Notes: generated from the letters alone by a model not told the origin. Positions 9,347-20,047 are shown, numbered from the stretch's first letter. The stretch is 64,000 nt of DNA from an uncultured Bacteriovoracaceae bacterium (GCA_964012805.1 CAXGUD010000016.1:1-64000); one strand, 5' to 3'. Numbers and translations: made by a program.

Positions 9347-10493
9347 ATGGTGAAAGAATCGCTCAAAATACAAGTTGCTGAGAAAAAGTCAGAAATGAAA
9401 AAGTATGACAATAAACTTGCGAGCTTACGGAGGTCACTTTGACGTAGAAAAGAAAAAGCACCGCCTTCAAGAAATACTTGATATGGAATCTATGGAAGGT
9501 TTTTGGACCGATACTGAAAATGCTTCAAAAATTCAAAAAGAGAAAGCCATTTTAGAAGACGTCGTATCAACCTATGAAGGTTTGCAAATTCTTTTTGATG
9601 ATTTTGAAACTCTTGTTGAGTTTGTTGAAGAGGAAGAAGATGAGGATTCTGCAATGGAGTCTCTGGAAATTTATGAAAACTTCTTAAAGAGTTTCCATGA
9701 GGCAGAAAAAAAGGTTCTTCTTTCTGAGGAAGTAGATCCAAATAATGCTATCATTACAATCAATGCTGGTGCTGGAGGAACTGAGTCTTGTGACTGGGCA
9801 AGTATGCTTCAGCGGATGCTTTCCAGGTGGTGTGAAGCTAAGAAGTTTTCCATTAAAATACTAGACTTTCAAGCTGGAGATGGAGCAGGTCTAAAGTCTT
9901 GCACTATGGCCGTAGAGGGAAATTATGCTTATGGGTTATTGAAGTCTGAAACAGGTGTTCACAGGCTTGTTAGGATTTCTCCTTTTGACTCAAATGCTAG
10001 GCGTCACACCTCTTTTGCTTCGGTTTTTATTTCACCAGAAGTGGATGATGATATAGATATTGAAGTTTTGGATAAGGATTTGAGGGTTGATGTTTTTAGG
10101 TCCGGTGGAGCTGGTGGACAATCTGTTAATACCACCGACTCGGCAGTTAGAATGACACATATTCCAACTGGGATCGTCGTTAATTGTCAAAATGAAAGGT
10201 CTCAACTTCAGAATAAAATTCAGGCCATGAAAATTTTGAAAGGTAGACTTTATGAGCGGGAGCTTGAAAAGAAAAGAGCTGAAGCTCAAGAGGTTGAGTC
10301 AAATAAAAAGGAAATAGGTTGGGGGTCTCAAATTAGATCCTATGTTCTTCACCCTTATAAAATGGTCAAAGATCATAGAACGCAATTTGAAGTTGGAGCT
10401 GCAGAAAAAGTATTAGATGGTGATCTTGATGGCTTTATGGACTCTTTTCTGAGATGGTCCATAAAGGGTGCTAAAGAGGAGTCAACCCAATAA
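9347..10493 (+). CDS. prfB: Peptide chain release factor 2, translated through a programmed +1 frameshift
   Basis: ORF0 from ATG 9347 (or GTG 9350) ends in CTT-TGA at 9437-9442; +1 frame continues DVEKKK...; SPF anticodon-like motif, GGQ motif, WGSQIRSY. Confidence 0.97.
9429..9443 (+). other. prfB +1 ribosomal frameshift cassette
   Basis: GGAGG-TCA-CTT-TGA-C: internal SD, 3-nt spacer and the canonical CTT TGA C slippery site. Confidence 0.95.
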
Positions 10494-10517
10494 CTAAGTA
10501 AACTTTGGGGGTCTGTC

Positions 10518-11741
10518 TTGTTAAAAGCAAGGAGTAAGCTGTTTAACGTTTTCCTAAGGGATCAGAATTCTTTTAAATTTGCTATTGGGGTATTGCTAGG
10601 GCTTTCTTTCTCTATAGGAGTCATTCTTTCGACTGTTGGATTAATGGATGGCTTTGAATCTGTTATGAAAAAGGCCTTAAAAAACTCTGTCGGTGACTTT
10701 TCTTTAACTTCAAGAAAGGGCTTTTTCTCCTTTGATAAAGATGTTTCAGGACCTCTAAAATCACTCGGCGTAAAGGAAAAAGCATCGTTTATTCAGACTG
10801 AGGGCTTTGTCATTTTTTCTGATTTTTCACAGGGTGTCCAAGTGAAAGGTGTAGAGCCGGGTGAATTCTCTCGTGTTACAGGGCTTGGTTTAGATTTTGA
10901 AGAAGGTCAGGTCGCTATTGGTATTCAGCTTTCAAAAAAGTTTGGGATTAAAAAGGGTGATAGAATTGTCTTAGCTTTTGCTACGGGAAATGAAAGTTTA
11001 TCTGAAAGACCTCTTCTAAAAGGTTTTTTGGTAGGCCAAATTCTTACTCACGGTCTTTATCAAAAAGATGAAAGAATTATTTATATAAAAAGAAGGACTC
11101 TTGATTCTATTCTAGAACTTAATGGAATGGTGAACGTTGTTTCTGGTAATTTACCTGTTACAACCTCTTTAAGGAGTGTGGGTAAAAAGAAGGCAGTTGT
11201 TACTGATCAGTCTATGTTTTCCTTCTTTGAGAAGGCCAGCGGGATTATTCCTCAAAGTTTTTATATACTTCCTTATTGGGATGAGTACGCGCCGCTTCTT
11301 GAAGCTGTTAAGCATGACAAACTCATCATTTCAGTAATACTACAATTAGTTGTCATCGTGTCTATTTTTAATATGGTGGCTTTTATTTTTTATGTGAATG
11401 AGAAAAAATCAAGGGAGATTTTTCTTTTTCGAGCTTTGGGAATGAGTGAAAGAGAGCTTTTAAAGGCATGGTTTTTTGTTGTTTTATCATTTTGGTTCTT
11501 CTCATGTCTTTTGTCGCTGCTTGTTCTTCAGGTTTTTGATTGGTCCTTAGCAAATTTAGCTTTTCTTAAGCTTCCTGGAGATGTTTACAATTTAGAGAGG
11601 ATTCATCTGGTTTTAGAGTTGGAAGACTATACTATAGTATTTTTTGCTTCTCTCTTTTGGTTTGCGTTCTTTTCTTGGATTGCCTTATTCCGGATGAGGA
11701 GAAAAAGTATATTGGAAGGTTTAAGAAAGGAGTTTTCCTGA
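10518..11741 (+). CDS. LolC/LolE-family (FtsX/MacB-like) ABC permease, lipoprotein release
   Basis: TM1 ending GLMDGFE, large periplasmic domain, three C-terminal TMs, EKKSREIFLFRALGM, LPGDVY; upstream of lolD and bamA. Confidence 0.85.
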   Translation: MLKARSKLFNVFLRDQNSFKFAIGVLLGLSFSIGVILSTVGLMDGFESVMKKALKNSVGDFSLTSRKGFFSFDKDVSGPLKSLGVKEKASFIQTEGFVIFSDFSQGVQVKGVEPGEFSRVTGLGLDFEEGQVAIGIQLSKKFGIKKGDRIVLAFATGNESLSERPLLKGFLVGQILTHGLYQKDERIIYIKRRTLDSILELNGMVNVVSGNLPVTTSLRSVGKKKAVVTDQSMFSFFEKASGIIPQSFYILPYWDEYAPLLEAVKHDKLIISVILQLVVIVSIFNMVAFIFYVNEKKSREIFLFRALGMSERELLKAWFFVVLSFWFFSCLLSLLVLQVFDWSLANLAFLKLPGDVYNLERIHLVLELEDYTIVFFASLFWFAFFSWIALFRMRRKSILEGLRKEFS

Positions 11742-12403
11742 TGGCTTTAGTTGAATTAAGTGGTGTTAAGAAGAGTTTTGGAAAAGTAAATGTATTGGGA
11801 GGCATCAATTTAAGTCTCTTAGAAGATAGGGAGTACGTTATTCAAGGTGCATCAGGATCAGGTAAATCGACATTATTGTATCTGTTGGGAGGCCTTGATA
11901 AGCCCTCTTCAGGCAAGATTAAGATAAATAATATGGACCTGGCCGATTTTCAAGATGAGGAGCTCGCTAGATATAGAAATACTTTTGTGGGTTTTGTATT
12001 TCAATTTCATTTTTTGCTTTCTTCCCTGAATTGTTTGGACAATGCTCTGCTTCCTTCAAAGTTGGGAGACTTTGATGAAGGTTCTATTAAAAAGAGGATC
12101 TTGGAATTAGCTGACTTTCTGGGAGTCGATCATTGTCTACAAAAAAACCCCTTCGAACTTTCTGGGGGAGAGCAACAAAGAATTAATATTATTCGAGCTC
12201 TTTCTTTAAAACCGAAACTTTTGTTATGTGATGAGCCTACGGGAAGTCTAGATTCAGAAAATTCAGAAAAAGTGATTGGTCTTCTTAAAAAGCTATCAAA
12301 GGAATTTGGAGCAACGTTAGTCCTCGTAACGCATAATGGAGAGATCGCTTCAACGTTTGAATCAATTATCAACATTCAGGATGGACTTATAAGAAAAAAT
12401 TGA
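11741..12403 (+). CDS. lolD: Lipoprotein-releasing ABC ATPase LolD
   Basis: ATG 11741 overlaps the upstream stop (TGATG); GASGSGKST, GFVFQFHFLL, LSGGEQQR, LCDEPTGSLD. Confidence 0.9.
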   Translation: MALVELSGVKKSFGKVNVLGGINLSLLEDREYVIQGASGSGKSTLLYLLGGLDKPSSGKIKINNMDLADFQDEELARYRNTFVGFVFQFHFLLSSLNCLDNALLPSKLGDFDEGSIKKRILELADFLGVDHCLQKNPFELSGGEQQRINIIRALSLKPKLLLCDEPTGSLDSENSEKVIGLLKKLSKEFGATLVLVTHNGEIASTFESIINIQDGLIRKN

Positions 12404-12533
12404 TTTCGTATAACATTCTGTATCTTAAAAAAATTTTCTTTTTGTAAGATCGTAGTAATATTGATAAATTTTTTGGCCCAAGCAAGATTTGGAAGCTTAG
12501 GAGTTTTAATAACTAACATATGGAGTTAGAAGT

Positions 12534-14849
12534 TTGCATCCGACTCATTACCTAAGAACTTATTTGACTAAGCTTTTGTTGCTTATTCTACTCGTAGTGC
12601 CATTATTGGGTAAGGCCCCTGCTTTAGCCGATGAAGGCTATTTAGGTCAAGAAAAGGTTCTTTTTAGAATAGATAAGGTTAGGGTTTTAGGTAATAGAAA
12701 GGTTGAGAGAGAAGCCATTCTTGAAAAGATCGCTTCAAAGCCTGGTGTAGTCCTCAATAATCACCTCTTAAAAAAAGATTTGGAAAGAATTTACTCTCTT
12801 AATTATTTTGATGTCGTTGAAGCCCATAAGGAAGTTCAGGGAGGAAAAAATGTTTTACTCTTCAAGCTTTTGGAAAGGCCAACTATTGCAAATGTGAAGT
12901 TTCTTGGAAATGACGAGTTAAGTAATGATGACCTCAAAGAAAAAGTGGGTAGTAAAAGTTTTTCAATCCTAGATATTAATTTAATTAAGAAAGATGTAAA
13001 TGAGCTTAAAAAACTTTATGAAGAAAAGGGATTTTTTCTTGCGACTGTTTCTCATGAAGTGAAACAAAAAGAAAAGAACTCTGTCGATGTTATTTTTAAA
13101 ATTAAAGAATTCGATAAGTTAAAAATCAAGAAGATCACTATATTAGGAAATAGCGCCTTTACTGATAAGCAGTTGAAGGAGTTGATGCAGACCCGAGAAG
13201 ACTCCGTTTTTTCATTTTTTTCTAATGCTGGAAGCTTTCAAGAGTTCAATTTCCGGGGAGACTTAGAGAGGTTAAAATATTTTTATAAGACTAAGGGCTT
13301 TCTCCAGGTCAATGTCGGGACACCTGAGCTGACAATTTCAGAGGATAAAAAATGGCTTTTTATTACCTTTAAGCTTAATGAAGGCCCTAAATTTGAAGTC
13401 AATGACGTGAATTATCAAGGTGACTTAATCTTCTCCATGTCAGACTTTACTAAAACCGTTAAGCTTAAAAAGGGTATAGTTTATTCTGAAGATACTCTTC
13501 GAAGAGATATCATGGCCCTAACTGAAAAATATCAGGATCAAGGTTACGCATTTGCAAACGTTTCGAGGGTTTTAAGTGTCGTTCCTGGTGAAAACAAGGT
13601 GAACGTTGATTTTCGCTTTGAAAAAGGTCAAGTGGCTCAATTTGGTAGAATTATTATTAAAGGTAACTCAAGAACAAGAGACAAGGTCATTCGGCGCGAG
13701 CTTCTTATCAAAGAAGGGGCGCAATTTTCAGGCAGTGATTTAAGAAAATCAAGAGAGAATGTAAATCGTCTTGGTTACTTTGAAAAAGGGTCGGTGGTTT
13801 TTACAACTGTTGCTGTTAAAGGAAGGAATGATCTTCTTAACGTAGAAATATCCGTCAAGGAGAGGAATACTGGGCAGTTATCTGTTGGTGCTGGTTATTC
13901 TTCTGCTCAGGGAGGATTTTTTCAGGGCTCTATATCTCAAAATAACTTTTTAGGTAAGGGACAAAATCTAAATTTCTCTTTGTCTTTGGCCAAGAATAAG
14001 ACTGACTTTAATCTTAGTTTTACAGAGCCTTATCTATATGACACGAAATGGACTGCTGGTGGAGACATTTTTCATTCAGAGAATAGAATGAGTGAATCCT
14101 ATTCTTTTAGGAAAAAAGGGTTAGGTTTAAGAGTCGGCTATCCAATTTTTGAATACACCCGCGCCTTCTTAAATTACAAGTGGGAAGAGGTCCGTATCAC
14201 TGATGTGTCAGATAAAACACTTGATACAAATTTAGATAACGGGGTCGCATCATCTTTAAGTGCTACTGTTATTAGAGATAAGAGGAACAATACCTTTGAA
14301 CCTACGGGTGGCTATTTTGCGAAAGTCACATCAGAATGGGCAGGCCTTGGCGGAGATAAGCACTGGTGGAGGAATGAGCTTGACTTGCGTTACTTTAAAA
14401 AGCTAATAGGAGATTTGGTCTTAAGAACTCGTTACTTTGTTGGCACAATTGAGGCACTTGAAGAGAATAAGACTAAAGGACTACCAAGAACAGAAAAATA
14501 TTTTTTGGGAGGTTCAAGAAACCTAAGAGGTTATTCTTTTCAGGGGGTGGGTCCCAAGCAATCTGTAGAAGGCCAACTTGACGTTAATATTGGTGGAAAC
14601 TTCTCTACGTTTGGGATTTTTGAGCTAGAGCACCCTTTAGTACGTGAAGCAGGTTTAAAATGGGTCGTCTTTTTCGATGCTGGACATGCAGGAAAGGCCG
14701 ATAATATTATTGTAAAAAAGGATTATGGCTTTGGTTTTAGGTGGTTCTCACCTATAGGAATTTTAAGGTTTGAGTTTGGCTACCCTATAAATCCTGACAA
14801 AGGTGATGACAGCAGTCAATTTCACTTTGATATAGGACAATTATTTTAA
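12534..14849 (+). CDS. bamA: Outer membrane protein assembly factor BamA
   Basis: Signal peptide, five POTRA-like repeats, KERNTGQLSVGAGYS, LRGY, C-terminal FHFDIGQLF. Confidence 0.97.
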   Translation: MHPTHYLRTYLTKLLLLILLVVPLLGKAPALADEGYLGQEKVLFRIDKVRVLGNRKVEREAILEKIASKPGVVLNNHLLKKDLERIYSLNYFDVVEAHKEVQGGKNVLLFKLLERPTIANVKFLGNDELSNDDLKEKVGSKSFSILDINLIKKDVNELKKLYEEKGFFLATVSHEVKQKEKNSVDVIFKIKEFDKLKIKKITILGNSAFTDKQLKELMQTREDSVFSFFSNAGSFQEFNFRGDLERLKYFYKTKGFLQVNVGTPELTISEDKKWLFITFKLNEGPKFEVNDVNYQGDLIFSMSDFTKTVKLKKGIVYSEDTLRRDIMALTEKYQDQGYAFANVSRVLSVVPGENKVNVDFRFEKGQVAQFGRIIIKGNSRTRDKVIRRELLIKEGAQFSGSDLRKSRENVNRLGYFEKGSVVFTTVAVKGRNDLLNVEISVKERNTGQLSVGAGYSSAQGGFFQGSISQNNFLGKGQNLNFSLSLAKNKTDFNLSFTEPYLYDTKWTAGGDIFHSENRMSESYSFRKKGLGLRVGYPIFEYTRAFLNYKWEEVRITDVSDKTLDTNLDNGVASSLSATVIRDKRNNTFEPTGGYFAKVTSEWAGLGGDKHWWRNELDLRYFKKLIGDLVLRTRYFVGTIEALEENKTKGLPRTEKYFLGGSRNLRGYSFQGVGPKQSVEGQLDVNIGGNFSTFGIFELEHPLVREAGLKWVVFFDAGHAGKADNIIVKKDYGFGFRWFSPIGILRFEFGYPINPDKGDDSSQFHFDIGQLF

Positions 14850-14862
14850 CGAAGGAGTTAAT

Positions 14863-15390
14863 ATGAAGAATAGGACTTTCATTTTTTTTAGTGTCATCTT
14901 TGCTTTTCTTTTCTCTGCTTCCTCTTGGGGGGCCAAGGTTGGAACTGTCGATTTGAATAGGGTTGTTGTAGGAATTAAAGAGATGAAGGGTGTTCGTGAA
15001 AAATTGAAGGCTTTTCATATGTCCAAGCAGATGGAGTTGAAAAAAGAAGAAGAAAAAATATCTAAACTCCATAAGAGTTTTCAGAAAAAAAGCATGGTGA
15101 TGAATGAAAAGACGAAAATGGAGAAGCAGAAAGAGATTCAAGCTATGGTTATAGAGCTTAATAAGAAGAAGTACATGATGGAGAGAGAAATTCAGCGGTT
15201 TGGTAAAAAAGCACAGGCTCCTGTCATGAACAAAATTAAAGCTGTCATTGACAGTATATCTTTGAAAGAAGCTGTTGATTTCACACTTGATACTGGTACA
15301 GGTCAATTATATTATGCAAAAAATAAAATAGACCTGACCCAAAAAATTATTGACGAATATAATAAGAAGCATCCTGTTAAAGCCAATTAA
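14863..15390 (+). CDS. skp: Skp/OmpH periplasmic chaperone
   Basis: Signal peptide, KVGTVDL, coiled coil, IDLTQKII; directly after bamA; SD GAAGGAG. Confidence 0.9.
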   Translation: MKNRTFIFFSVIFAFLFSASSWGAKVGTVDLNRVVVGIKEMKGVREKLKAFHMSKQMELKKEEEKISKLHKSFQKKSMVMNEKTKMEKQKEIQAMVIELNKKKYMMEREIQRFGKKAQAPVMNKIKAVIDSISLKEAVDFTLDTGTGQLYYAKNKIDLTQKIIDEYNKKHPVKAN

Positions 15391-15436
15391 TTCTTACGAG
15401 TTGAAGGAGGCTTTTGCTGAGTTGAGGGAGTATAAG

Positions 15437-15940
15437 ATGTTGTTTAATAATGATGAAGTGAAGTCGTTCCTCCCCCATCGGGACCCATTTCTCTTTGTAG
15501 ACTCTGTAAAAGAAGTAACTCTGCCTCCAGGAGTGAATGAGGATGGGGAGAATCTGGCTTTAAAAGATTGTCTTGGTGCAACAGTCACCGCCTTTTTCCA
15601 TGCGAAGAAAGATTTGGATATATTCTCAGGGCATTTTCCTGGTAACCCCGTGTTGCCAGGAGTTATTCAAGTCGAGATGATGGCGCAGGCGTCTTGTTTT
15701 ATGAGCAGCAAAGTGTATAAAGATCCTGGAAAGTTTAAACTTGAAGTAGCTCTGATGGGCGCTAGCCATTGTAAGTTTCGTAAGCCGGTTCTACCTGACA
15801 TGAACCTTACGATTAAAGCTAAGTTGGTAAAAGTAAGAGGTCCTGTCATTTCCTATGACGGAGAAATTTACCATGGTGACACTTTGATGAGTGAAGCTTC
15901 TTTGTTGGCATCTGTGAAGTTTATTGAGAGAGACTCATAG
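15437..15940 (+). CDS. fabZ: 3-hydroxyacyl-ACP dehydratase FabZ
   Basis: LPHRDPFLFVD, FSGHFPGNPVLPGVIQVEMMAQ, FRKPVLP; ATG 15437 follows GAGGGAG. Confidence 0.95.
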   Translation: MLFNNDEVKSFLPHRDPFLFVDSVKEVTLPPGVNEDGENLALKDCLGATVTAFFHAKKDLDIFSGHFPGNPVLPGVIQVEMMAQASCFMSSKVYKDPGKFKLEVALMGASHCKFRKPVLPDMNLTIKAKLVKVRGPVISYDGEIYHGDTLMSEASLLASVKFIERDS

Positions 15941-15997
15941 AGATTTTTCAGAGTTTTTAAGATATTAATTAAAACTATAGTTTAGCTGAGGTTAATC

Positions 15998-16798
15998 ATG
16001 GAAATGCCTGAGATCCATCCTACTGCGATTGTTTCGCCAAGTGCAATTATTGGTGAAAAAGTTAGGATTGGGCCCCATTGTATTATTGGACCAGATGTTG
16101 TGATAGGAGAGGGAAGTTATCTTCGTAGTCATATTGTTATAGAAGGGAAGGTTACAATAGGGAAAGAGAATGAGATTTACCCTTTTTGTTCCATAGGAGC
16201 AGCACCTCAAGATTTAACTTACAAAGGAGAGCCTACAGAAGTAGTTATTGGCGATAATAATATTTTGCGTGAGTACGTTTCAGTTCATAGAGGAACCATT
16301 AAAGAAAAAGGCTTAACTCAGGTTGGAAACAATTGCCTTTTGATGGCCCATGTTCACGTTGGACATGATGCAAGGGTTGGGGACAGGTGCGTTATTGCGA
16401 ATTCAACTAATTTAGCAGGTCATGTGAAAATGGGTAATGGCTGTATTATTGGTGGAGGAACTAGTATATCTCAATTTGTCTCTCTCGGCAGAGGTTGCTA
16501 TATCGGAGGAGGATCTATCGTTGTAAGAGATATTCCTTCTTTTTGCACAGGTTTAGGGAATAGATGTAGACTTAAGGGCATCAATATTATTGGAATGAAG
16601 CGTAATGGTTTTGATAAAAAGACAGTCTCTGAAGTTGTTGACTTCTTTAGAGATATGGAAGCTTCAGCCCTTTCTCCAAAATCTTATGTGGTGAATGAAT
16701 ATTTAACTGTTGAGAAAAAACCAAATGAGGTCATTCAGGAAATGATATCTATGATTAATTCTACACAGGTCGGGATGGCTCCTTTTCTAAACAATTAA
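15998..16798 (+). CDS. lpxA: Acyl-ACP:UDP-N-acetylglucosamine acyltransferase LpxA
   Basis: IHPTAIV, hexapeptide repeats, [28 protein letters not shown]. Confidence 0.96.
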   Translation: MEMPEIHPTAIVSPSAIIGEKVRIGPHCIIGPDVVIGEGSYLRSHIVIEGKVTIGKENEIYPFCSIGAAPQDLTYKGEPTEVVIGDNNILREYVSVHRGTIKEKGLTQVGNNCLLMAHVHVGHDARVGDRCVIANSTNLAGHVKMGNGCIIGGGTSISQFVSLGRGCYIGGGSIVVRDIPSFCTGLGNRCRLKGINIIGMKRNGFDKKTVSEVVDFFRDMEASALSPKSYVVNEYLTVEKKPNEVIQEMISMINSTQVGMAPFLNN

Positions 16799-16821
16799 AG
16801 CGTGAAAAAGAGGGTCCAATA

Positions 16822-17793
16822 ATGAGTAGTGAAGTCAAAAAAAAATTGAAAGTTGCTGTTGTCGGATATGGCCATCTTGGTAAATGGCACTGTGAAAAAG
16901 TAAGTGAATCTTTAAAGGCAGATTTGAAGGTAATCGTTGATCCTTTACTGACTTCAAGGGAGAAGGCAAGTGCCGGTCACCCTAAAGTTAAAGTTCTTTC
17001 TCAGTTAGATGAACTTAAAAATGTGGATATTGATGCGGCGATTGTCGTTGTACCTACGAGTTTTCACTTTGAAGTTGTAGAGTATTTTTTAGAGAGAGGC
17101 ATTGCTGTCTTTTGCGAAAAACCTCTTGTTTCCAGGTTGAGTGATGCTTACCGTTTAAAAGACCTTATGGATAAAAAAGGTGGTACTCTTCAAGTTGGTC
17201 ATAGTGAAAGGTTCCATAAAGTTTGGGAAAAACGAGAGGACTTTGAGGGCTTTCTGGAAGGGCCGGCCATTATTCGATTAGATCGATTAGCTGTGTCTAA
17301 AGGTCGGGCCAAGGATGTTGATGTCGTTCAAGACCTAATGATTCATGACTTAGATTTAATAAATTATCTTCTGGATGAGAAACCTGTCGCTCTTAGGGCT
17401 TGGGGTTGCAAGATAGTTGATGACAAATGGGACTCTGTGACTGCTCAGCTAAGGTTTTCTTCAGGTAAGGTTGTCTTTTTAAGTTCTGCGCGTCATTATG
17501 TAGAGGAGAAGAGATTTCTTTCTTCGACTAACTCTCGAGGGAGCCTTCTAGTTGACCTCTTAAATCACAAATTAAAAGTATCGGAGTCTTCCGATGAAGG
17601 TTATGGCGAGTTTGTTGTTCGTGATGAGAATTATGATAAGAGAGATCATTTAAAATTGGAGCAGGAGTTATTTTACTCTTCAATTTTAGAGGAAAAACCG
17701 ATTGCTGTTGGTTTGGAAGAAGGGCTTTATGCAGTTAAGTTGGTAGATAGGGTTTTAGAGAGCTTAGCTAGCAATAAGGAAATAAATATTTAG
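16822..17793 (+). CDS. Gfo/Idh/MocA-family NAD-dependent oxidoreductase, probable UDP-GlcNAc 3-dehydrogenase (GnnA-like)
   Basis: VGYGHLGKWH Rossmann motif, FCEKP, QVGHSERF, DLMIHDLD; between lpxA and lpxB. Confidence 0.8.
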   Translation: MSSEVKKKLKVAVVGYGHLGKWHCEKVSESLKADLKVIVDPLLTSREKASAGHPKVKVLSQLDELKNVDIDAAIVVVPTSFHFEVVEYFLERGIAVFCEKPLVSRLSDAYRLKDLMDKKGGTLQVGHSERFHKVWEKREDFEGFLEGPAIIRLDRLAVSKGRAKDVDVVQDLMIHDLDLINYLLDEKPVALRAWGCKIVDDKWDSVTAQLRFSSGKVVFLSSARHYVEEKRFLSSTNSRGSLLVDLLNHKLKVSESSDEGYGEFVVRDENYDKRDHLKLEQELFYSSILEEKPIAVGLEEGLYAVKLVDRVLESLASNKEINI

Positions 17794-17811
17794 AGTGGTG
17801 GGGTCTTTATA

Positions 17812-18969
17812 ATGGGACCAAATTGTCTAGTCATTGCAGGTGAAAAGTCTGGAGAGGAGCATTGCCTTAGTTTCTTTGATTCTCTTCAGGCATCTTATCC
17901 AGAGATGAGCTTTTGGGGAGTAGGAGGAGACGATCTTCGAGACCGAGGAATGGAGTTGCTGTACCACCTAAAAGATTTTTCCTCAATGGGATTCAGTGAA
18001 GTTATTTTTAAAGTACCTTTTTATTTGAAGGCATTAAAAAGGATCGAAAACGAAGTCAAGAAAAGGCAATGTAAAGTTGCTATCCTCATTGACTTTCAAG
18101 ACTTCAATCTCAAGCTCAGCAAAAAACTTAAGTCTCTTGGAGTTAAGGTCCTTTATTATGTGGCTCCTCAAGCTTGGGCTTGGAAAGAATGGCGTGCTAA
18201 AACAATTCAAGAAACAACAGACACCCTATTTACAATTCTTCCTTTCGAAAAAAAGTGGTTCCAGGATAGAGGTGTTAAAAATGTTATTTCATTAAAACAT
18301 CCGTTGTGGCTTTCTTACAAAGATAAGATTTCAAAGGAAAAATCTAAGGTTGAAGTCCACTCCAGTGCAAACTGGAAGAGAAATCCAAAAACGATTTTGT
18401 TGCTGCCAGGTAGTAGAAACTCTGAGGTAGGTCCTCTATTACCAGTTTTTGTGAGGGCGATTGAATGCCTTTCCAGTAAGTGGGAAATTGATTTACGAAT
18501 TGTCTCTTCCGAAAATGTAAACGACTCTTATTACAAGCCCTTTCTTCATTTATTTAACCATGTTTATGAATCGAAGTTTTTGGGGGATGCTCTGTCGGAA
18601 GCTGATTTAGCTGTAGCAGCAAGTGGAACTGTGACGTTAGCTGCAGCATTGTTTTCGGTTCCTACGGTGGTTTGTTACAAACTGTCTTTACTAAATAACT
18701 TTATTTTTAATAATTTTCTTAATTATGATGGGCCTATATCTCTGGCCAATATTGTGCACGGAGATCTTGTATTCCCTGAATTATTTAATGAAGGGTTTAG
18801 TGATTTTAATATAGCTCAAGCTGTGGAAAACTGGTTAGAGGATTATGAAAAGTTTTCAACTCTTAAAGATCGTTTAAGAGGAACTGAAGCGCTTCTCAGA
18901 GGTGAAATGGAAGATGTAGCTCCATATCTAGAGGGCCTTTTGAGGGAGTCTTATGTCAACAATGGATAA
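17812..18969 (+). CDS. lpxB: Lipid A disaccharide synthase LpxB
   Basis: IAGEKSGE, IDFQDFN, YYVAPQAWAW, ILPFE, LLPGSRNSE, ASGTVTL. Confidence 0.95.
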   Translation: MGPNCLVIAGEKSGEEHCLSFFDSLQASYPEMSFWGVGGDDLRDRGMELLYHLKDFSSMGFSEVIFKVPFYLKALKRIENEVKKRQCKVAILIDFQDFNLKLSKKLKSLGVKVLYYVAPQAWAWKEWRAKTIQETTDTLFTILPFEKKWFQDRGVKNVISLKHPLWLSYKDKISKEKSKVEVHSSANWKRNPKTILLLPGSRNSEVGPLLPVFVRAIECLSSKWEIDLRIVSSENVNDSYYKPFLHLFNHVYESKFLGDALSEADLAVAASGTVTLAAALFSVPTVVCYKLSLLNNFIFNNFLNYDGPISLANIVHGDLVFPELFNEGFSDFNIAQAVENWLEDYEKFSTLKDRLRGTEALLRGEMEDVAPYLEGLLRESYVNNG

Positions 18970-20047
18970 AGTCATATCAGAGAAAAAATCTATGAAGAGT
19001 TATTTGAAAAACACTTTGCTGAGTCTTCTAAACCCTTTTTCTTTTCTATGGGAGACCTTGTATAAATTGAGGAGGTTTTCTTATAATTTTGGCTTGATAA
19101 AAAAAAGAAAATTTAATGTACCAATTATTTCTATTGGAAATATAACCTTTGGCGGAACTGGAAAAACCCCTTTTTCTATTTGGCTTGCAGAGTATTTGGC
19201 TACACTAGATAAAAAGGTGATGATTTTGATGAGAGGCTACAAAGGGAATTTGGAGCAAAAAAGTGGAATTTTAAGGGCTGGAAAGAAGCTGGGCTTTTCT
19301 CCATTTGATTTTGGTGATGAAGCTCTTCTTTTGGCCAGAAGACTAAAAAATGCTTCTGTTGTTGTTGGTAAGAAAAGAAGTGATAATTTGGAGTATTACT
19401 TTCCTTCTGAGCAATCCGATGTCGTTCTTTTAGATGATGGACATCAACACCTAAAATTAGACCGGGACTTGAACATCGTTCTTTTTGACTCCCTAATGGA
19501 CTTATCAAGATATAAATTAGCACCGAGGGGTTATCTAAGGGAAGGGTTTTCTTCTCTCAGAGATGCAGATCTCATTGTTTTGGGAAGGGCAGATCAAGTG
19601 CCAACTGCTCAGCTTGACGATTTAAAAGCGCTTATTAAACCTCACCTTAAAAAAGGGGTACCTTTTTCAGAAATTGGCTATAAGCCGACAGGTATTTTTG
19701 ATATCAATTTCACTAAAGTTGAAGGGGTTGAGTATTTAAAGGGTAAAAATGTCCTCTGCGTAGCAGGAGTAGCTTCTCCAGAATCTTTTTTTGGCCTTGT
19801 CGAATTTCTTGGGGCGAATATTATGGAAAGGTATTCATATCCCGATCATTACTTCTTTAAAAAAAGCGATATCTTGGAATTAACGAAAAAGGCCAAAGAG
19901 TCTGATTCCCTTATTTTAACGACTGAAAAAGACATGGTTAAAATTAGAAAAGTTACTGAGTTTCAGAACCTGATGTATTTAGGTATTGAAGTCTCTTTTC
20001 GGAGCGGGGAAGATGAGCTGAAAGAAAGAGTTTCTAGCGTTCTTTAA
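18953..20047 (+). CDS. lpxK: Tetraacyldisaccharide 4'-kinase LpxK
   Basis: PIISIGNITFGGTGKTP, RGYKG, GDEALL, LLDDGHQH, YPDHY, TTEKD. Confidence 0.95.
   Translation: MSTMDKVISEKKSMKSYLKNTLLSLLNPFSFLWETLYKLRRFSYNFGLIKKRKFNVPIISIGNITFGGTGKTPFSIWLAEYLATLDKKVMILMRGYKGNLEQKSGILRAGKKLGFSPFDFGDEALLLARRLKNASVVVGKKRSDNLEYYFPSEQSDVVLLDDGHQHLKLDRDLNIVLFDSLMDLSRYKLAPRGYLREGFSSLRDADLIVLGRADQVPTAQLDDLKALIKPHLKKGVPFSEIGYKPTGIFDINFTKVEGVEYLKGKNVLCVAGVASPESFFGLVEFLGANIMERYSYPDHYFFKKSDILELTKKAKESDSLILTTEKDMVKIRKVTEFQNLMYLGIEVSFRSGEDELKERVSSVL

Noticed and set aside
14785..15306. 173-aa minus-strand ORF
   Set aside because: Antisense shadow of skp; its Phe/Leu/His-rich composition mirrors Lys/Glu/Met codons.
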